Positions 11,961-23,499 of a stretch of DNA of 64,000 nucleotides are shown piece after piece. The stretch covers positions 107,012,001 to 107,076,000 of the forward strand of contig OX597815.1 in the NCBI GenBank assembly GCA_951406725.2, given 5' to 3'. Made by a program: the position numbers and the translations under genes. Source of the DNA: Octopus vulgaris. Its lineage: Eukaryota. Numbering within the stretch: the first letter of the stretch is position 1; every line of letters begins with the position of its first letter. Below the pieces are notes generated by a model. That model had not been told where the DNA came from and searched no databases. It saw only the letters and a program-made list of their open reading frames with translations.

Positions 11961-12544
11961 TCAGCGTAGGAACTTTAATGACTGAGAAAGTAGTTATCAC
12001 TTCTTCGTACTAGCCATGCAGAATAATCATAGCAATAAGTATATACATACGCATGTGTGTGTATGTGTATGAATATGTATGAATATGAGTGTGTGCGTGT
12101 GTATGTATGCATGTATGTATGTATGTATGTATGTATGTATGTATGTATGTATGTATGTATGTATGTATGTATGTATGTATGTATGTATGCGTATATGTAC
12201 AATATATGAGCATACTTCTGCGCGCGTATATACAAACTTAAAGATAAGGAGTTCCGGTAGATTTACTCATAAGAACATTGTTTCATATCAACATATATTT
12301 GTGAGGAAGACATAGACAAAGAGAGGGGGGAAAGGAGGAGAGAATGAGAGAAATGGAGACTATGTGTATGTGTGTAAGCGTATCATGGGAAGGGGTTTCA
12401 TATACAAAGGCCAAAGTATTACAAGATAAGGGAGAAATCGATTGAATCAAAAATAGTATATTACTGGTATTTACTATATATCAACAATAGGGTTCTGACC
12501 AGGCAGAATGAAAACGCCATGTAAAATACAATCCATCTTTGCTA

Positions 12545-12576
<32 letters not shown>

Positions 12577-12830
12577 TGTGCGAAAGAGCTTGCAATTTAA
12601 TTTCGGGTCTGAAGAAACATATGGCGGTTCGCGGGGATCATATCTCACAAAGTGAATCGATCGATCTAATGGAAGCGACAAACTTACATCAGTCACCAAT
12701 GTTTCAAACCATGCAAGGTCTGCAGCGGGACTGAGTAAGTCATCTGAGATGTCATGGACGGAAAGTCAGAAATGCTACTGACAACGAGGAAGCTGTGAGA
12801 CGGTAATCATTTGTGAACATGAATCAATCA

Positions 12831-12874
<44 letters not shown>

Positions 12875-12884
<10 letters not shown>

Positions 12885-13123
12885 GAGGGCATTACTATAC
12901 ATAAATGCTACACGCTAGGAGGGACTCAAAGTTAAAACTACTAAAATAAATAAATAAATAATAGAGTCCCTCCTAGCGTGTGTCATTTATCTATAGTAAT
13001 GCCCTCTATATAATATAAATAAATATATTTAAGAGAAAAATTGGTGGATTTTTCTCTTATGAGGTTTTTTACGCTAACTACTTGATAAATTCTTATAAAG
13101 ATTTTATCCTATATTTAAATTGT

Positions 13124-13125
<2 letters not shown>
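12875..13125. mobile_element. (TA)n-flanked foldback element, probably a PLE terminus with an inverted duplication
   Basis: About 53-bp inverted arms at 12875-12928 and 12964-13016. Confidence 0.55.
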
Positions 13126-13202
<77 letters not shown>

Positions 13203-13301
13203 TGTATATTAATATTTACTTTTATGTTTAGTTATAATTAAAACAATTTTACATAAATCTGAAGGATTACTCAATGATTCTGTAGAGTACAAATTGATTT
13301 T

Positions 13302-13502
13302 TCTTAAACAAGAATGCTGTTGACAATAACTTCGAAATTTCGGCTAGCTAAGCCATCGTCGGACTGCGATGCATTAAGAGTTAGTCTCACCTCAACTGAA
13401 TGTATAATAAAGGCAAGACTAACTCTAATGCACCGCAGTTTGTCGATGGCTCAGCTAGCCGAAATTTCGAAGGTCATTATCAACAACATTCTTGTTTAAG
13501 AA
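13302..13502. mobile_element. Foldback palindrome with a degenerate hammerhead-like motif in each arm
   Basis: About 87-bp imperfect arms. Arm consensus GCAGU-CUGACGA-UGGCU..AGCC-GAAA-UUUCGAAG-UH; each arm has core substitutions. Confidence 0.6.
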
Positions 13503-13575
13503 TAATAAATAAAATAAAATAAATATATATATATATAACAGAGAGAGAGAGGGGGGGAAGAAAGAGAGAGAAAGC

Positions 13576-13647
<72 letters not shown>

Positions 13648-13753
13648 TTTACTCACATATATGAGAATTAGCAGCAATGCATATTACAAACCTGTTACTT
13701 TTGGGTTTTCGATTATATGTAACATTCCTAACAGCTGAACGTTATCGTTCAAT

Positions 13754-13815
13754 TTTGTTGTTTCGATTCCAGCAAAAGGTTTGTTGTTTCGATTCCAGCA
13801 AAAGGTTTGTTGTTT
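13754..13815. repeat. 26-bp tandem duplication
   Basis: tttgttgtttcgattccagcaaaagg occurs twice plus a partial third copy. Confidence 0.9.
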
Positions 13816-14363
13816 GTGGAAGTAGCTGTTGATACTTGATTTCTTTTACATTATATCATTGTTAATCGTTATTGCAACATTTGCATTTGTTTGTCCTTTC
13901 AACTTTCTTCCACTATTCTTATTAAATTACTGCTCTTATTATCGCTGTTCTTCTTCTTTCTGCTGATACTATTTGGCTTGGTTGTTGTTGTAGTTGTGAT
14001 TGTGATTGTTGTTGTTGCTGTTGTCGATGTTGTTCTTCGTATGAATTTAGCGTTTGTTTGCATGCAATGACAATCAGTATAGCGACAAATGTTTAAGGAG
14101 CTGCATTTTATAAACTGAATATGGTGATTGCTGCATGTATTCCTGGGTGTGTTTATCTGTAAGTGTTATTATACTCCTGAAGTATTATTATATCCTAATA
14201 GATAGCATAAAATTTATCTCACTTCCTCAATTATTTGTATTATTTATTGGGTTGTATTACAATACGCTTGTGTATACATACTTACATGCATACAGACAGA
14301 CAGACATATGTACGTGTGTGTATGTGTGTGTGCGTGTGTGAGGGCGTGCGTGTGTGTGTGGGC

Positions 14364-14447
<84 letters not shown>

Positions 14448-15849
14448 AAGCAGACAGACAAACACAGCTGCACTTCAAATCAGAATCACGCGAAAAGGAC
14501 TCATTGACATCGATCACACCTGAGAAATCAGGAACATCCAATAAATTCAAATATTCTAATTGTTATATTTTCCATTATTTTAGTCTTACGGTTCACTGCT
14601 GTGTTGGTCTATTTAATTCAAAAAAGAAAAGAGATTAAAAAAAAAGCGGGTCGTGAAAAGATTTCTTTATGTTGACATGCTTTTCATCACCATAGAGACA
14701 AAATCAGCAGTTATAACGTCAAAGGATCAAGGGAGACTACTCTGGCATTACATTCACGCCGCTAAATATGTGTCTGTGTGTTAAGAGGTTTCTCAAATGT
14801 TATTCTAAAATAGCATATTAAAATAGGAAGACCCTTGTCAACTGCTCATCAACTATCGATCTAAAGCTATATATGGCTATGATATGACCACACAATTTTC
14901 ATCTACAGTTTGGAACAATTATCTTGTCCCGAATGTTGATCACCTGGAAGCTGTCTGGAGTTGTGCATACAGACAAATGCTCTCCGTCACTGACCATACC
15001 TTGAACGTTTTGCTTCTCTGGGCATCGACACGTTAAAGCTTTAGGTCTAGGATATGCGGTACATCACCCCTCTTCCTCCGTCTTCCACTGCATTGTCTCC
15101 TCCCACTTTTTTTCTCCATTAGTAAATGAATCCCACAAACTGACCACCATCTTTCCAGCAACAACTTCGACCACTTTTTTGAATTCAACATTTCTGCTAC
15201 TCGTAGACATGCCTATAAAAAATCAAAGCACAGCACAGCATCCATGACTTATGGAAATATTGTTTCCAACTAAGAATTGTCTAAAAATTGAATAAATTAT
15301 TCGCATCAGTTGCAAGCTGTCGGAACATTATATCCTGTCGCCTTTTTTTTTTTTGCCCCTTTCCGTTGGATTGAAAAGCACCGGAACACATCAACCTCAT
15401 TATCTGTCTGTCTGTATTATGTATGTGCGTGCGTATGTATGTATGTATGTATGTATGTATGTATGTATGTATGTATGTATGTATGTATGTATGTATGTAT
15501 GTATGTATGTATGTATGTATGTGTGTGTGTGCGTGTGCGTGTGTGCGTGTGTGTGTGTATGTGTGTATGTATGCATGTATGTATGTATGTTTACTTTGTT
15601 GTATTCATATCAGCTTATCATATCTAGCTCTTTCCTTTCACTCTCACTGTCACCCAACAAAACTTACCGTTCACTTCATTCCACCTTACAATATTTACTC
15701 TTTCCCATTTTCTTTACAAACGCGCGCGCGCATTCACGCATACATACATATATAAAACATACAGACATACATAGCATGTGTCACAGCCATAAAAGTAACA
15801 AAATAATGACAAGTTCCAACACGTAGGTAAAATAAAATTTTGCTTGGCT

Positions 15850-16880
15850 ACCTAAATACAAATATATCTATCTCCGTCAGAGACTAAAGATTTCGACAGC
15901 TGGATCGAGATTCGAAGCAAGGGAGAGCATAACAAAAAGAAAACATATAAGGAGTTACTTCCCTTGACAGTAAAATTTTTAATTCTAAATCCAGTGGAGT
16001 TCTAGTCGATCGTAACTGCCTCTAATAGACGAATATTTTTTATTATCAAAATATGTACCGAAACAACTCTGAATACACGAGCGCCCAACACATATATAGC
16101 TCCAACATCGAACCCAATACTTTCGACCATAACAAAAATCCAACCAATCCTACTAACACTAACCAGAGTACTAGTACCCTGATCTCCACCACAAATACAG
16201 ATAGGATAAATAATAACAACGATAGAAATAATAATAACATAGACCAATCTAACCCCATCTCTAACCTTTCCCTAAACAGCATTACTTCCTCCATTCCTGA
16301 GAGTAATCCCAACAATACACTACCATATGTAACTGCCGCCCTGGGATCATTTGCCCTACTCAAACCCATTGCAGAAGGTCTAACGTAATTTACAAATGCA
16401 CCTTCACCAACACACTACACAATTCTATAACCATATATATATAAGGTCAGCTATAAATCTTAAACATAGATACGCTACATATCTCAATTCTTTTAAATAT
16501 GAGAAACACGGTAAATCCACAACCCTCGCCAGTCACATACTTCATTTTAAAAATATGGATATCCCATATAACTTATCATGGTCCATAGCAGATTCAGGGT
16601 TTCCATACCAGAGTCAACGCTCAGCCTGTAAGCTATGCCTAAAGCAGTCATTCCACATATTAAAACATAACTCTTCAATACTACTAAGTATAATGAGGCC
16701 CTAGATACATGCATCCACCGCTTTTCTTATACCTTCAAATTTTACCACAGATTCCAATGCAACTTAAAGCAACACACAGTTCATATACGAAATATACCTT
16801 AGGTAATCTCCAACAACCATATTTGACTTTCCAATTTCTTAATTTTTTAATTTTTAATTTCTAACTTTTTAATTGTATAA
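15850..16880 (+). mobile_element. Decayed Penelope-like element 3' fragment (Asn-rich linker plus GIY-YIG)
   Basis: 16396-16704 reads IYIRSAINLKHRYATYLNSF..STTLASHI..YNLSWSI..CKLCLKQ, homologous to the other GIY-YIG domains in the window. Confidence 0.8.
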
Positions 16881-16896
16881 TAACATATATATATAT

Positions 16897-17199
16897 ATAA
16901 AATATATAAAATGGGACAAGAACGCAAAACATTCAAATAAACGATACGAAAACGGACGGGTCATTCGAAGCCTCTAATCTTCAGTCAAGAACCGGATCAT
17001 CCTCGCAATTTCGGCTGATTAATCTTGAGATTGCTCCGATCTGGCCATCCCCAAAGAAAAACTAAGCTACGAGCATTAGATTTCTTGGAAAAAGAATCGA
17101 ATGTATACGAAACAAGGACAGAAAAACGGACGAAGTTACACGAAAATAAATACAAAAGACAAAAATTAATACGAATATAAATACAAAAAACAAAAAAAC

Positions 17200-17277
<78 letters not shown>

Positions 17278-17379
17278 TGGACAAAGACAACAGGCGTCTT
17301 TCGACTTTAGACAATTTAAATTAGCTGGCGTGTGAGAAAAATAATGCCGTACGGCAGACGAAGACATCGATGTTGTTCT

Positions 17380-17381
<2 letters not shown>
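16897..17381 (-). mobile_element. (TA)n-flanked repeat, same family as 653-1482, with internal (AAT)n
   Basis: Shares cagtcaagaaccggatcat...tttcggctgattaatcttgagatt...aagaaaaactaagc.acgagcattaga with the first copy. Confidence 0.6.
16969..17034 (-). ncRNA. Rearranged (non-circularly permuted) hammerhead ribozyme candidate, copy 2
   Basis: Minus strand reads GCAAU-C-UCAAGA-uuaauc-AGCC-GAA-AUUGC-(14 nt)-UCUUGA-CUGA-agauua-GA-GGCU. Stem III has C-G where copy 1 has U-A. Confidence 0.65.
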
Positions 17382-17429
<48 letters not shown>

Positions 17430-17432
<3 letters not shown>

Positions 17433-18560
17433 TAGAAGGTTTAGAGATGATGTACAGGTATTTTATATTAGGAGAAATGAGATACTCAGAAATTCGGATG
17501 GTTTTATATTTACAGATATTTATTTGTATACTTTGTGTGTGTGTGTGGGTGGGGGGAATATAATTTTTTTTGTGTTCAGTAATGGTTTTTACCTCCTGAT
17601 GAAGAATTTTTCCTTATATTTCTGGAAATGTTCGTTGTCCGACCATAACTTACAGAAAGGAAAGACTGTCGATGAGAAGACAAGAATATCCGATAACCCT
17701 TATCAATACAGCCATCACCGAAGCCAAGAATATTCCAGGGACAACACTGAGAAAAACGAACCAAAAAAATAAAAAGGGCAAAACAGTTATCCCTTCTGTC
17801 GTCACTCACAATCCAAGGTACTTCAACATTGTGAAAGCCGCCAAACAATATTTCCCAATTCTCCAGCAATCCTCCAAAATGAATGAATTCATAAAAAAAT
17901 TCACCAATAATATATAGCAGACGCAAAACACCAAACTTTATAAAACTACTCACCAAGGCGAAATTTACATCTAACATTGAAATAAGACAAGTTTTAAAAA
18001 ATGCGGAGACCCTCGATGTGGAACCTGTGAATACATTGAAGAGGGTGGACAAATCTCCTTTAAAAACAGTGAGATTTTCCAAGTCAATGAAAACATGAAT
18101 TGCAAAACGAAAAACTTAATTTACTGTGCAAATTGCCCACAATGTAAAGAGTACTATTTTGGTGAAACCGGAACGGAACCACATGATAGAGTTCGTATTC
18201 ATAAATGACAAATTAAAGACTCCTCTGTCAGAAACACCACTTGCAGCAGACACTTATCATATAGAAAGGGAAAATTCACAATCTTCCCCTTCTTTAAGTT
18301 ATGGTCGGACAACGAACATTTTCGGAAATATAAAGAAGGTGGTACAAAACATTACTGAACACAAAAAATTATATTTCAACGCCTCTCTCTCCAACAAATA
18401 ACGGGATCCTTTCGTTTTTTACTAGATCTATGAACTAACTTACACTATGGAAAAAAAAAAAAAATAAATAAATTAAAGTGATTAGAACTACCAGTGAAGT
18501 CATTCGTTTTCTTTTTTCTAATATACCTAACTGTACCAAGGATCTCATATATTTTCCAAT
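17430..18560 (+). mobile_element. 5'-truncated PLE of a second clade (Zn-finger linker plus GIY-YIG) with an inverted 5' segment
   Basis: QEYPITLINTAI..VVTHNP; KCGDPRCGTC; MNCKTKNLIYCANCPQCKEYYFGETG..RVRIHK. About 17612-17652 is the reverse complement of about 18295-18335. Confidence 0.85.
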
Positions 18561-18584
18561 ATATATATATATATATATATTTAT

Positions 18585-18778
18585 TTATTTTATAGGAGGC
18601 GCTTCTACAGGACTAGAACTGTTTCATTCAGATGAAATCTTCAGGAGCTTCCTGAAGATTTCATCTGAATGAAACAGTTCTAGTCCTGTAGAAGCTCCTT
18701 CTATAAAATAAATTACTTTACTCTGCTATGTATTGAGTACCTTATTTACTGTGGTTAACCCCGACTCAACCCGGGACC

Positions 18779-18780
<2 letters not shown>
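18585..18780. mobile_element. (TA)n-flanked foldback PLE terminus
   Basis: Perfect 46-bp arms 18601-18646 / 18650-18695 with a 3-nt loop, extending imperfectly to about 18585/18712. Confidence 0.75.
18644..18698 (+). ncRNA. Type I hammerhead ribozyme (mirror copy on the minus strand at about 18601-18650)
   Basis: GGAGCUUC-CUGAAGA-uUUCAucUGAAu-GAAA-CAG..CUG-UA-GAAGCUCC. Confidence 0.75.
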
Positions 18781-18829
<49 letters not shown>

Positions 18830-18959
18830 GAACGCGGTATAAACAGTTGCTGCACGACAATGTGAAGTATATTTGCCACTTAAATGTGGCTAACCACTAA
18901 GGGTGGATATATATATATGCGTATGTGTATAAGTACATATGTATGTGTATATGTGCGAG

Positions 18960-19875
18960 TATGCGGGCCTATATAATAGTATATATACACATTTATATGT
19001 ATATGTCAGCGCGTGTGCATATATCTATATACACATTTTTCTTTCTCTCCCTGATTTATCACTCCCTACCATCACTTTAGCTAGTACAGTCTCTGACTTC
19101 ATATAAATGCCTACGTCTATTCTTAGAAACTTGACCATTATCTTATTCTTTGCTTCGTTTTTGAGGTTTACTACTCACATATATTACACCCGCTCCGTAC
19201 CACATTCTTTGTCTATCTCTCCACCTTAGTACCTTTCAAACATATCACCCCACCTCCCACTTCTCGCACATATTCCTTCCTTACATTCTTATCTCTCCTC
19301 CTATTCCTTTTATCTACTGACCACCATTTAGCACTCCTTTTTTTCATTTTCTCTTCCTCTTTCTTTCCTCTCCCATTCCTTTTGACCAGTACCATTTTTC
19401 TTCTTTCTAACATACGCATCTATTCTCTTCACTCTGTCTACTTCCCCCTACCAGTATAATCTCAAAATTTCATTTACACTACAAGATCCATTTGAATGAA
19501 CAGCACCTGGAATTAATATCTGCAGACTATGCATTTGTAATAACAAAAGATGAACTCCTATCGGAATTTACATACCATGGACAAGAAGCCTCTTTACTCA
19601 TTCTACACAGCGCATTCCTTGGATAATGGAGCTACAACTGTAACATCCAACAAATATTTTTATTTTCATATTTCCCTTTATACTTCCTATATCTATCCCT
19701 TTCCAAAGTAACTTCTTATGTTGAACTCTATTATTTCCTTTTATTTAACTCTCTCATATCGTCTCTGATGATGGGATATCTTTTATATCCCTGAAACAGC
19801 TGTAAGACTACCTTTCTCTTTATAAATGTCCTAGAAATTTCACACTGCCTTGGCTTTGTTGTCTCATTTTACTTA
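18960..19875 (+). mobile_element. PLE 3' terminal fragment (pyrimidine-rich pLTR)
   Basis: Microsatellite-flanked and ends shortly after an intact hammerhead. Boundaries approximate. Confidence 0.55.
19761..19808 (+). ncRNA. Type I minimal hammerhead ribozyme
   Basis: GUCU-CUGAUGA-uGGGAUAU..AUAUCCCu-GAAA-C-AGCU-G-UA-AGAC. Confidence 0.88.
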
Positions 19876-19905
19876 ACACACACACACACACACGCACACA
19901 CATAC

Positions 19906-19954
<49 letters not shown>

Positions 19955-20070
19955 CATACATACATACATACATACATTACATATATATATACATACATAT
20001 ATATATATATATACATACATACATACATACATACATACATACATACATACATACATACATACATACATAC

Positions 20071-20101
<31 letters not shown>

Positions 20102-20106
<5 letters not shown>

Positions 20107-20866
20107 AAATGAGAAAATGGAGAAACATACCTAAATCAATCATCAACCATCAGATAATACCCAATCAATACTTTATTAAACCATTACACAACAGCAATGA
20201 CATTATACATAATATATTACAAATATAACTAGACATAGAAATAGAAATAGAAAATACAATTACATCGTAGCTGACAGCTGTTTCGGCCGTGAAGACAGGT
20301 ATGTCCCATTTAACTTATTAGCCGTGTATATATATGTGTACAATTATGAGTGTCTATGCACACATTTTTATATTTTTTTATTTTTATATTTATATGTAAA
20401 ATTTTTTTCATACTTACATTAAATTCTCTGAAGAGGCCGTGAGACATTCTTGTTAATGTCTCATTTATACCTGCTTTATATGGCTAATAGGTTAAATGGG
20501 ACATACCTGTCTTCACGGCCGAAACAACTGTCAGCTACGATGTAATTGTATTCTCTATTTCTATTTCTATGTCTAGTTATATTTGTAATATATTATGTAT
20601 AATGTAATTGCTGTTGTGTAATGGTTTAATAAAGTATTGATTGGGTATTATCTGATGGTTGATGATTGATTTAGGTATGTTTCTCCATTTTCTCATTTTG
20701 TATTATTAATTTACGGTAATAATTTTACCCTTGCCCACATAATACAGTGGATGAATTAATTGCACCGCAATTTTTAACATTTATGTATTAGTTTTGTTGG
20801 GTACCTCTCTAGCAGTATATTGGATATATGGTATCCCATGGAGGGTTGAATTTACAACCCCTATCT

Positions 20867-20872
<6 letters not shown>
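20102..20872 (+). mobile_element. (TA)n-flanked PLE terminus with a ~222-bp inverted duplication
   Basis: Near-perfect inverted arms at 20102-20323 and 20482-20703, overlapping a hammerhead. Confidence 0.8.
20425..20535 (+). ncRNA. Type I hammerhead ribozyme with an enlarged stem II
   Basis: CUGAAGA-GGCCGUGA...UCACGGCC-GAAA-C-AACU-G-UC (the inverted copy has palindromic CAGCUG). Stem I is very weak. Confidence 0.65.
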
Positions 20873-20914
<42 letters not shown>

Positions 20915-21219
20915 GAAATATTAAAATTACTAAGTCTCTCTAAAGGAGATTACGGCAGCGTTACTGGATATTAATAGTTATCGCCATACTAATATGGCAG
21001 TCTATAAATAAGTACACAGAGAAAATTATATCCAAAATACTAATCTAATAATATAAGCATTTTAAAGCCTACTATAACATACAATAAGAATAAAGTACAT
21101 TAGAATTAATTATAAATTATTTAAACATATTTAAAATATATATATATATATATATATACCTTACCTATTATTAGTCTGTGGGGAAAGAAGATAATATTAA
21201 TTAGTAGTTGTTGTTGTTG

Positions 21220-22560
21220 TTACTCCTGCTAGTGTAGCTTCCGCTACTGCTGCTGGTGCTACCCCCAGTGTCACCTTCACTGTAACATTTGCCTGTTTTG
21301 TCTTCTTGGGTTCAATTTCTGTTTCTATATCCCTGCTTCTCTGTTATTGTTGTTGTTGTTGTTGTTGTTGTTTTTGTCGACTCATGGGTTATGGTGCTTT
21401 CGTCTGGACATTTCTTTTTGCCCTTCTGTTCTGGTTCTGTGGGCAGAAAAACCTTAAGTGGCCCGTTGAACCACAATCGTGGCACCTCGGCTTTCTGCCC
21501 TCCACTCCTCCCTCCTTAGTTCTACTTCATTTGAGAGGGAAATCAAGTCTGGGACTTTCTCTAACTGCTCTGGCTTGACGTGGAGAAGAACCTCCAAGGT
21601 AGTCCCAACCCAATTCTATCTCCTCGCTCTTTTAACATCCAAAAGATTCTTTCCCCCGTCCATACAAATACAGGTGAGAATCCATCATAACTACAGGCCT
21701 GGTAGGACTACAGGTACCGTAATTCGTACTGTCCTTTTTCCCATGTACGTTGGGAAGAGTGCGATTTTCTCGGTTCAATGCGTGTTCACTGAGCTCGGTA
21801 TCGCCTAACCTCGGTCTTACAAAGGACTCCTACTCCACCGTACTACCTTACTCTTGCAATGTGGTGCATATCCTACCATATGTCTTTCAAGGCTTTTCCC
21901 ACTTGGTCCGTTTGGCTGTTGCTTCAAGCACGTTGCTTAGATGCGTCAGTTCTGCCCTCCTTCCATTCATTTTCATATATTTTGCTCTCTTGTTTAGTTT
22001 TTTCTATTTTGTTCTCCAATGAGACGTTAACCAATTCTTTAGCTACCGTGATATTTGCAAAAGTTTCTTTCCCACTGCTAACTCCATTTTTGTTAGACTC
22101 TTCATAATTGTTGTCGATGTTGTTCTTTGTGCTACTACAATTTCCATGTAGTGAGGAAGACTTTTACTTCTTCCTTCTTCTCGCCTTCTTTCTGCTTTTC
22201 ATCTTTCTTCTTTTCTTGACTCTTCTTCTTCTTCTTCTTCTTCATGTTATCTACTGCCACTGATGGTGGGGAGGACGGGGTAGTCCTCATCCAAATTGCC
22301 GTACCACTTTCCTTCTTCCCTCCCGCTTTTCGTCCTCATCTTCAGTGTTTACTTTCTTCGAAGCAAATTTTCGAAGAAATTTGAAAGCAAAAATGTTTGT
22401 ATCACCCCCAAAATGGACCTTTGGCTAACAAACATCAGTCCCCACCCAGAATGGTAGCTGACTTGCAAAACGATTTAACCAACAAAATACAGTATAGAAC
22501 CTTTTAAAACAAGTAAATTAGCAATAAACTAACAACACTTCAAAAACACACCGCCAGGTA
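21220..22560 (-). mobile_element. Decayed Tx1/L1-like LINE 5' region and ORF1
   Basis: Minus-strand peptides KETFANITVA and LFPTYMGKRTVRITV parallel the ORF1 at 27900-28860. A (CAA/CGA/TGA)n repeat is adjacent at 22565-22718. Confidence 0.5.
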
Positions 22561-22564
22561 CGGT

Positions 22565-22610
22565 GGTGACAACAACAACAACAACGACGACGACGACGAC
22601 GACGACGACG

Positions 22611-22695
<85 letters not shown>

Positions 22696-22718
22696 TGATG
22701 ATGATGATGATGATGATG
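22565..22718. repeat. Compound trinucleotide microsatellite (CAA)n(CGA)n(TGA)n
   Basis: Directly visible. Confidence 0.95.
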
Positions 22719-23242
22719 AGAGGAAAGAAATCCAAATTCATGTTACGATCATTTTGATAAACAAAAATTTTTTTATTCTATAGCACATATATAGATATTT
22801 AATATAAACAATATGCTTTGAATTTGGAAAGTTCTAAATGAATCTTTTTTTTAAAAATTTTCCTTTGGTCAGTTAACATACAGCCATTTGACATTTCAAT
22901 GCTTAGAAGTTTGCTCCATTTTCGTTTTCTTTCAACCACTTGAAGATCTTTCAATTTCTTGTAGATTGTTTTCATATTTTCCACATTTGATTTAGTTTTG
23001 CAAGCTGATGGTGACAACCGCATTAATGTTTTCGAAAAAGTAAGGAAGTAGTGTGAAACATTTAAAGTTACGGTTAAAAGACTACCAATCTTCATTGGAT
23101 TACAGAGCAAATCTTCCGCACAGATCTCCCGTAAATAATTTTTAATAGTCTATTGCGGTAGCGGCACTAATTCCTAATTCCACCTTACAAGACACCAGTA
23201 GTTGTTAATTCAGCCATACGAGTATAACAACGGTACACTGGA

Positions 23243-23256
23243 GTTTCCATGACAAC
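23243..23256. promoter_or_regulatory. RFX X-box motif match
   Basis: GTTTCCATGACAAC fits GTHNYY-AT-RRNAAC and lies in a CpG-containing patch with an ETS-like ACTTCCG about 12 nt downstream. Function not demonstrated. Confidence 0.3.
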
Positions 23257-23499
23257 AAACAGTTTCGACTTCCGTGAGGACACTGGCTAGAAATACATAT
23301 CTTTAAATGCTTTTAACTTCTTTATTATTAATTTTTCGGGGAAAAAATGGACGCAATTTTCGTCTTCAGCAAGTAAAACCACACTAAAAGTACATTTTTG
23401 GAAAATTTTCAGATTAAAATTAAAAAAAATACGAGTCATTGGAAGAAAACGAAAAATATCCTATATGCTGTTTTCCTCGGAGTCGCTCTCGGGCTCTGT

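Noticed and set aside
13302-13502. Long hairpins (also 12875-13016 and 18601-18695) as miRNA precursors
   Set aside because: Arms are too long or too perfect, flanked by (TA)n and overlap ribozyme motifs; better explained as PLE inversions.
11291-15826. Numerous ORFs rich in MYVC/HTYI/CV/YI repeats (also at 545, 4944, 19820-20228, 36193-36566, 57687-59278)
   Set aside because: Translations of (TATG)n, (CA)n and (TA)n microsatellites, which lack stop codons; no coding signal.
15865-15915. Minus-strand CUGUC-GAAA...CUGACGGA-GAUAG hammerhead-like fragment
   Set aside because: A stem II can be drawn, but I could not find stems I and III or a cleavage strand.
22799-23110. 103-aa minus-strand ORF
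   Set aside because: No recognisable domain or splice context; possibly a decayed LINE C-terminus.
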